From: an uncultured virus (IMG/VR IMGVR_UViG_3300028840_007457)
Taxonomy: Duplodnaviria; Heunggongvirae; Uroviricota; Caudoviricetes
IMG/VR virus record: IMGVR_UViG_3300028840_007457
Direction: 5' to 3' (one strand)
Length of the DNA stretch: 64,000 nucleotides
Shown here: positions 61,304 to 64,000 of the stretch, in pieces
Position numbering within the stretch: the stretch's first letter is position 1
Layout of the letters: each line of letters opens with the position of its first letter
The notes under the pieces: model-generated
Database searches by the model: none
What the model saw: only the letters and a program-made list of their open reading frames with translations
Told to the model about the DNA's origin: nothing
Position numbers and translations under genes: made by a program

Positions 61304-63318
61304 CATGGATATTGGATTTTGACAGGGAAGAGAAGAACGTCATTGACGTGAAGACACTGACCAGGTGTGTGAAGAATGGCGAAAAGGAAAGAGGTTCCTA
61401 TTTCGGCAGGGAAAGGAGACCACGTAATTGTAGCGTAAAGTCCTATTTCACCAACAGTTCTTTTGGCAACAACATCTCTTGGAACTCGGCACCAATAAAT
61501 AACATCTGAGGGTGTATCATAAGTGAAAGTAATATCTGTTACTGGAAAACGAGCTATTTCATTAATCAGAGCTACGTCTGCTTTGTTAACAGGAATTACT
61601 GTTGTTGGAGTAGCCGGATTATATCCTCCAGTTCCAATGGCAAATTCTTCCACACTCCATTCAGTATCATCAGTAGTAGATCTGTTTATTATTAAGTCAG
61701 CCTGATTTGTAAGTTGTAAATCACAAACATCTGTAATAGCAACATTAACAGCTGGAGCAGTCTGGACTTGCAATCTAATTCGACTAATCCATGCTTCACC
61801 CTCTAAAATTACAACACCATATTGAAGATGATTTAAATCATCAGCTCCTCCTCCAGCATCTACCCATTTAGTTCCAGTGTAGGGACTAGTGTACCAATCT
61901 TCTTTAACGTCAAACCACGTAGCGCCTGTATTGTTTAGTGTAAAAGGTTTTCCAATATAAATCTCATCGTTAGTTGGGTTTACTGCAATATGAGCGATAA
62001 CAGCAGAATTGGTAGTCCCCAACCTAATACGGCTACGCAACTCACAAGCATAGACTTGTTCCCCAGGTGGAATAGCAGTTCCAGGCCCAAAGTCAAAGGC
62101 ACCATAAAGAGGTGTACCAGCTGTATCAGCGTCCGCTCCAATGTAGGAACCTGCATCATCTGGAGGATTCTCATTAATTGAATTTGCATAAGGTGCACCT
62201 CCAGGAACAATAGACGGAATAGCAACGTAAGTGATACTATCACTAGTTGGGTACTGATCGAAAATAGAAACAGGAACATGTTTTAAAAATAAATCAACCC
62301 CAATCGAACTACAACGTAGAGGTTCTGTGTCTCTATTTTCTAGTCCCACTTCTAAAGCGTTCACTTCTGCAAGCAACCAAGGTGTAGCCACTGGATCTCC
62401 ACTAGGCCAACCATGTTGAGGATCGTTTAAATATTCTGCTTCTAAAAAGAACCAGCTATATTCCAACGGGTAGACGTGAGGAGGAAGTTCGGTAGGAAGC
62501 TCACTTGTACCAGTTCCAACGTAGTCAACCCCAGCAGACCTAACTACTACTCTTCCTTGCGCTGGATTTGTTGTACCAGGACAACGACATCCACAACGAA
62601 CTTGAATTCTATCTATAGTAGCTGGATTAACCCATGGAATTTGTTTAAGGGCAAAAGTGTGTTTTGCTCCAACTACAATACTATCCAGTCTACTTAAGTC
62701 CCCGTCCCAAACCCCATTAACATCTCTGTAATCAGGAACAGTGCTAGGATACGGAGAAAAATCAGACCAAAAACCACTGTTAACAGGTTCAGTACGATGG
62801 TCGGGAATGAGTTCTGTAATTACGTGAGCTTCCATCTTGGTACAACGAAGTTGACCACCACTGATGTAATTAATTCCCATTTCTAAATCGTGGAAAATAC
62901 CAGCGTCCCACGCTACACCAGACGGTACACAAGGAAACAATTTCCAGACTTCAAAATAGCCTGTACTAATAGTTACAAATGATTCAGAATCAAAATCATT
63001 TCCAAAACATCGGAGACGCAATTTAAACTCTGTTGGAAGAGGTGTAGTCACTCTAACTGTAGCAACCACTAAAACTCCTCTTATTCTAGTTGGACGAGGA
63101 TAAACCTGCCCATTGTAAAGAGTGCCAACAGAGGGATCTGTACTTACTCTTACAGTGAAAACAGTATTCTCATTTTCAGTCCACAGATAGGTAGTATCTC
63201 CATCTGCTACAATATCATCAATAGCTTGCCAATAGGGTGAAGAAGGTTGAACTTGCCACGAATTATTATACGTGCCAAGAAAAGGCCCACTAGGTCTAAG
63301 AACTAAATTAGCAGTCAT
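61303..63318 (-). CDS. baseplate/tail-fibre-associated protein with three beta modules and a C-terminal tail-collar-like domain
   Basis: Repeated W..(D/N).LE.G modules; C-terminal FAIGTGG..L.NEIAR..GEIGLY. Confidence 0.6.
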   Translation of the reverse strand: MTANLVLRPSGPFLGTYNNSWQVQPSSPYWQAIDDIVADGDTTYLWTENENTVFTVRVSTDPSVGTLYNGQVYPRPTRIRGVLVVATVRVTTPLPTEFKLRLRCFGNDFDSESFVTISTGYFEVWKLFPCVPSGVAWDAGIFHDLEMGINYISGGQLRCTKMEAHVITELIPDHRTEPVNSGFWSDFSPYPSTVPDYRDVNGVWDGDLSRLDSIVVGAKHTFALKQIPWVNPATIDRIQVRCGCRCPGTTNPAQGRVVVRSAGVDYVGTGTSELPTELPPHVYPLEYSWFFLEAEYLNDPQHGWPSGDPVATPWLLAEVNALEVGLENRDTEPLRCSSIGVDLFLKHVPVSIFDQYPTSDSITYVAIPSIVPGGAPYANSINENPPDDAGSYIGADADTAGTPLYGAFDFGPGTAIPPGEQVYACELRSRIRLGTTNSAVIAHIAVNPTNDEIYIGKPFTLNNTGATWFDVKEDWYTSPYTGTKWVDAGGGADDLNHLQYGVVILEGEAWISRIRLQVQTAPAVNVAITDVCDLQLTNQADLIINRSTTDDTEWSVEEFAIGTGGYNPATPTTVIPVNKADVALINEIARFPVTDITFTYDTPSDVIYWCRVPRDVVAKRTVGEIGLYATITWSPFPAEIGTSFLFAILHTPGQCLHVNDVLLFPVKIQYP

Positions 63319-63866
63319 GATAATTTAAGCACAAGCACGGTTACTACTGCTACCAGTACTACAATTACAGAAAGAGCTACCAAAAGTTGTGGAGTAGAAG
63401 ATTTAGATTTTTCCTCAGACATTAAATTTGCAACATCATTAGGCGCAAATTTAATTGGAATGTTAGACCACTTTTCAAAAAAGTCATCATCTTTACGAGT
63501 CAAATTTGATCTCCTCGATGCAGCACTGCAACTTCGTGCGGGGGCAGGCACCTGCTAGGCACCAATCCGCACAGTGAAAGATCACTCAGTTGGAAGTTTC
63601 CAACAATTTCCTCTAGCTGCATTTAGACTTACGTGAACTACTGAAGTTGTACGTTCAATTTGACGACCATACTGATCTTCTCTTGACGTATCTTCTGCCA
63701 CATAAACTAAATTCAGAGATGGTGGGTGTTGTTCATCAGTAATGTGATGAACGCCATTTTCATCTGAAGGAAATACATCCCAAACAGCCGTCACTAAAGC
63801 AGGGTGCTTCTTTCTGTGGCTATCTAAGAAAATTACGTGATCTCCCACTTTCAGCTTCGCTTCCAT
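63315..63866 (-). CDS. two small genes (TM peptide 63315-~63423; 63582-63866 SH3-like)
   Basis: GGAGG RBS for 63866. Confidence 0.55.
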
Positions 63867-64000
63867 GACTACTAACCTCCTGCAGCTGTCAATGCTGCAC
63901 GGAGGAGATCAAAATACTCACATTTGTTGAACTACTCTCAAAGCCATGCGCATATCGCTATTTTTGGCTTTAAGAGGAAAATGTCCTATGGCGTAAAGAA

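Noticed and set aside
1389..62697. Plus-strand and nested alternative-frame ORFs in the track (e.g. 16191-16772, 32925-33533, 51602-52045)
   Set aside because: Antisense or frame shadows of real minus-strand genes, with no RBS or motifs

Overview
AT-rich segment of a large (jumbo-type) dsDNA bacteriophage genome, with essentially all real genes on the minus strand. A Myxococcota/deltaproteobacterial host is suggested by a myxobacterial cysteine-rich-repeat lipoprotein, an SspB homologue and two small genes with very high GC3. The window has four parts. (1) 1-22 kb: the N-terminus of a UDG-fused family A DNA polymerase, AdoMet decarboxylase, virion/tail-fibre genes and a probable lysis cassette. 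(2) 22-40.6 kb: small early/accessory genes, including a ClpX-zinc-finger fusion, an AT-hook/wHTH protein, SspB, a GGQ-less release-factor-like protein, a PARP-like ADP-ribosyltransferase and an RNA ligase. (3) 40.6-51 kb: an RNA island with 10 canonical tRNAs (one with a group I intron), a tmRNA, about 8 aberrant tRNA-like RNAs, several repeated or rod-like structured RNAs and rRNA-leader-like motifs. (4) 51-64 kb: further small genes, a Toprim protein, a DNA methyltransferase and a baseplate/fibre gene. The standout is a free-standing 267-nt RNA (47051-47317) that reproduces the 23S rRNA GTPase-associated centre (uL11-binding H43/H44), with compensatory changes and a ~200-nt insertion. Together with the tmRNA, SspB, RF-like protein, ClpX-finger fusion and tRNA mimics, it suggests a phage system that mimics or hijacks host translation surveillance. 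All calls were made by eye; no searches were run.
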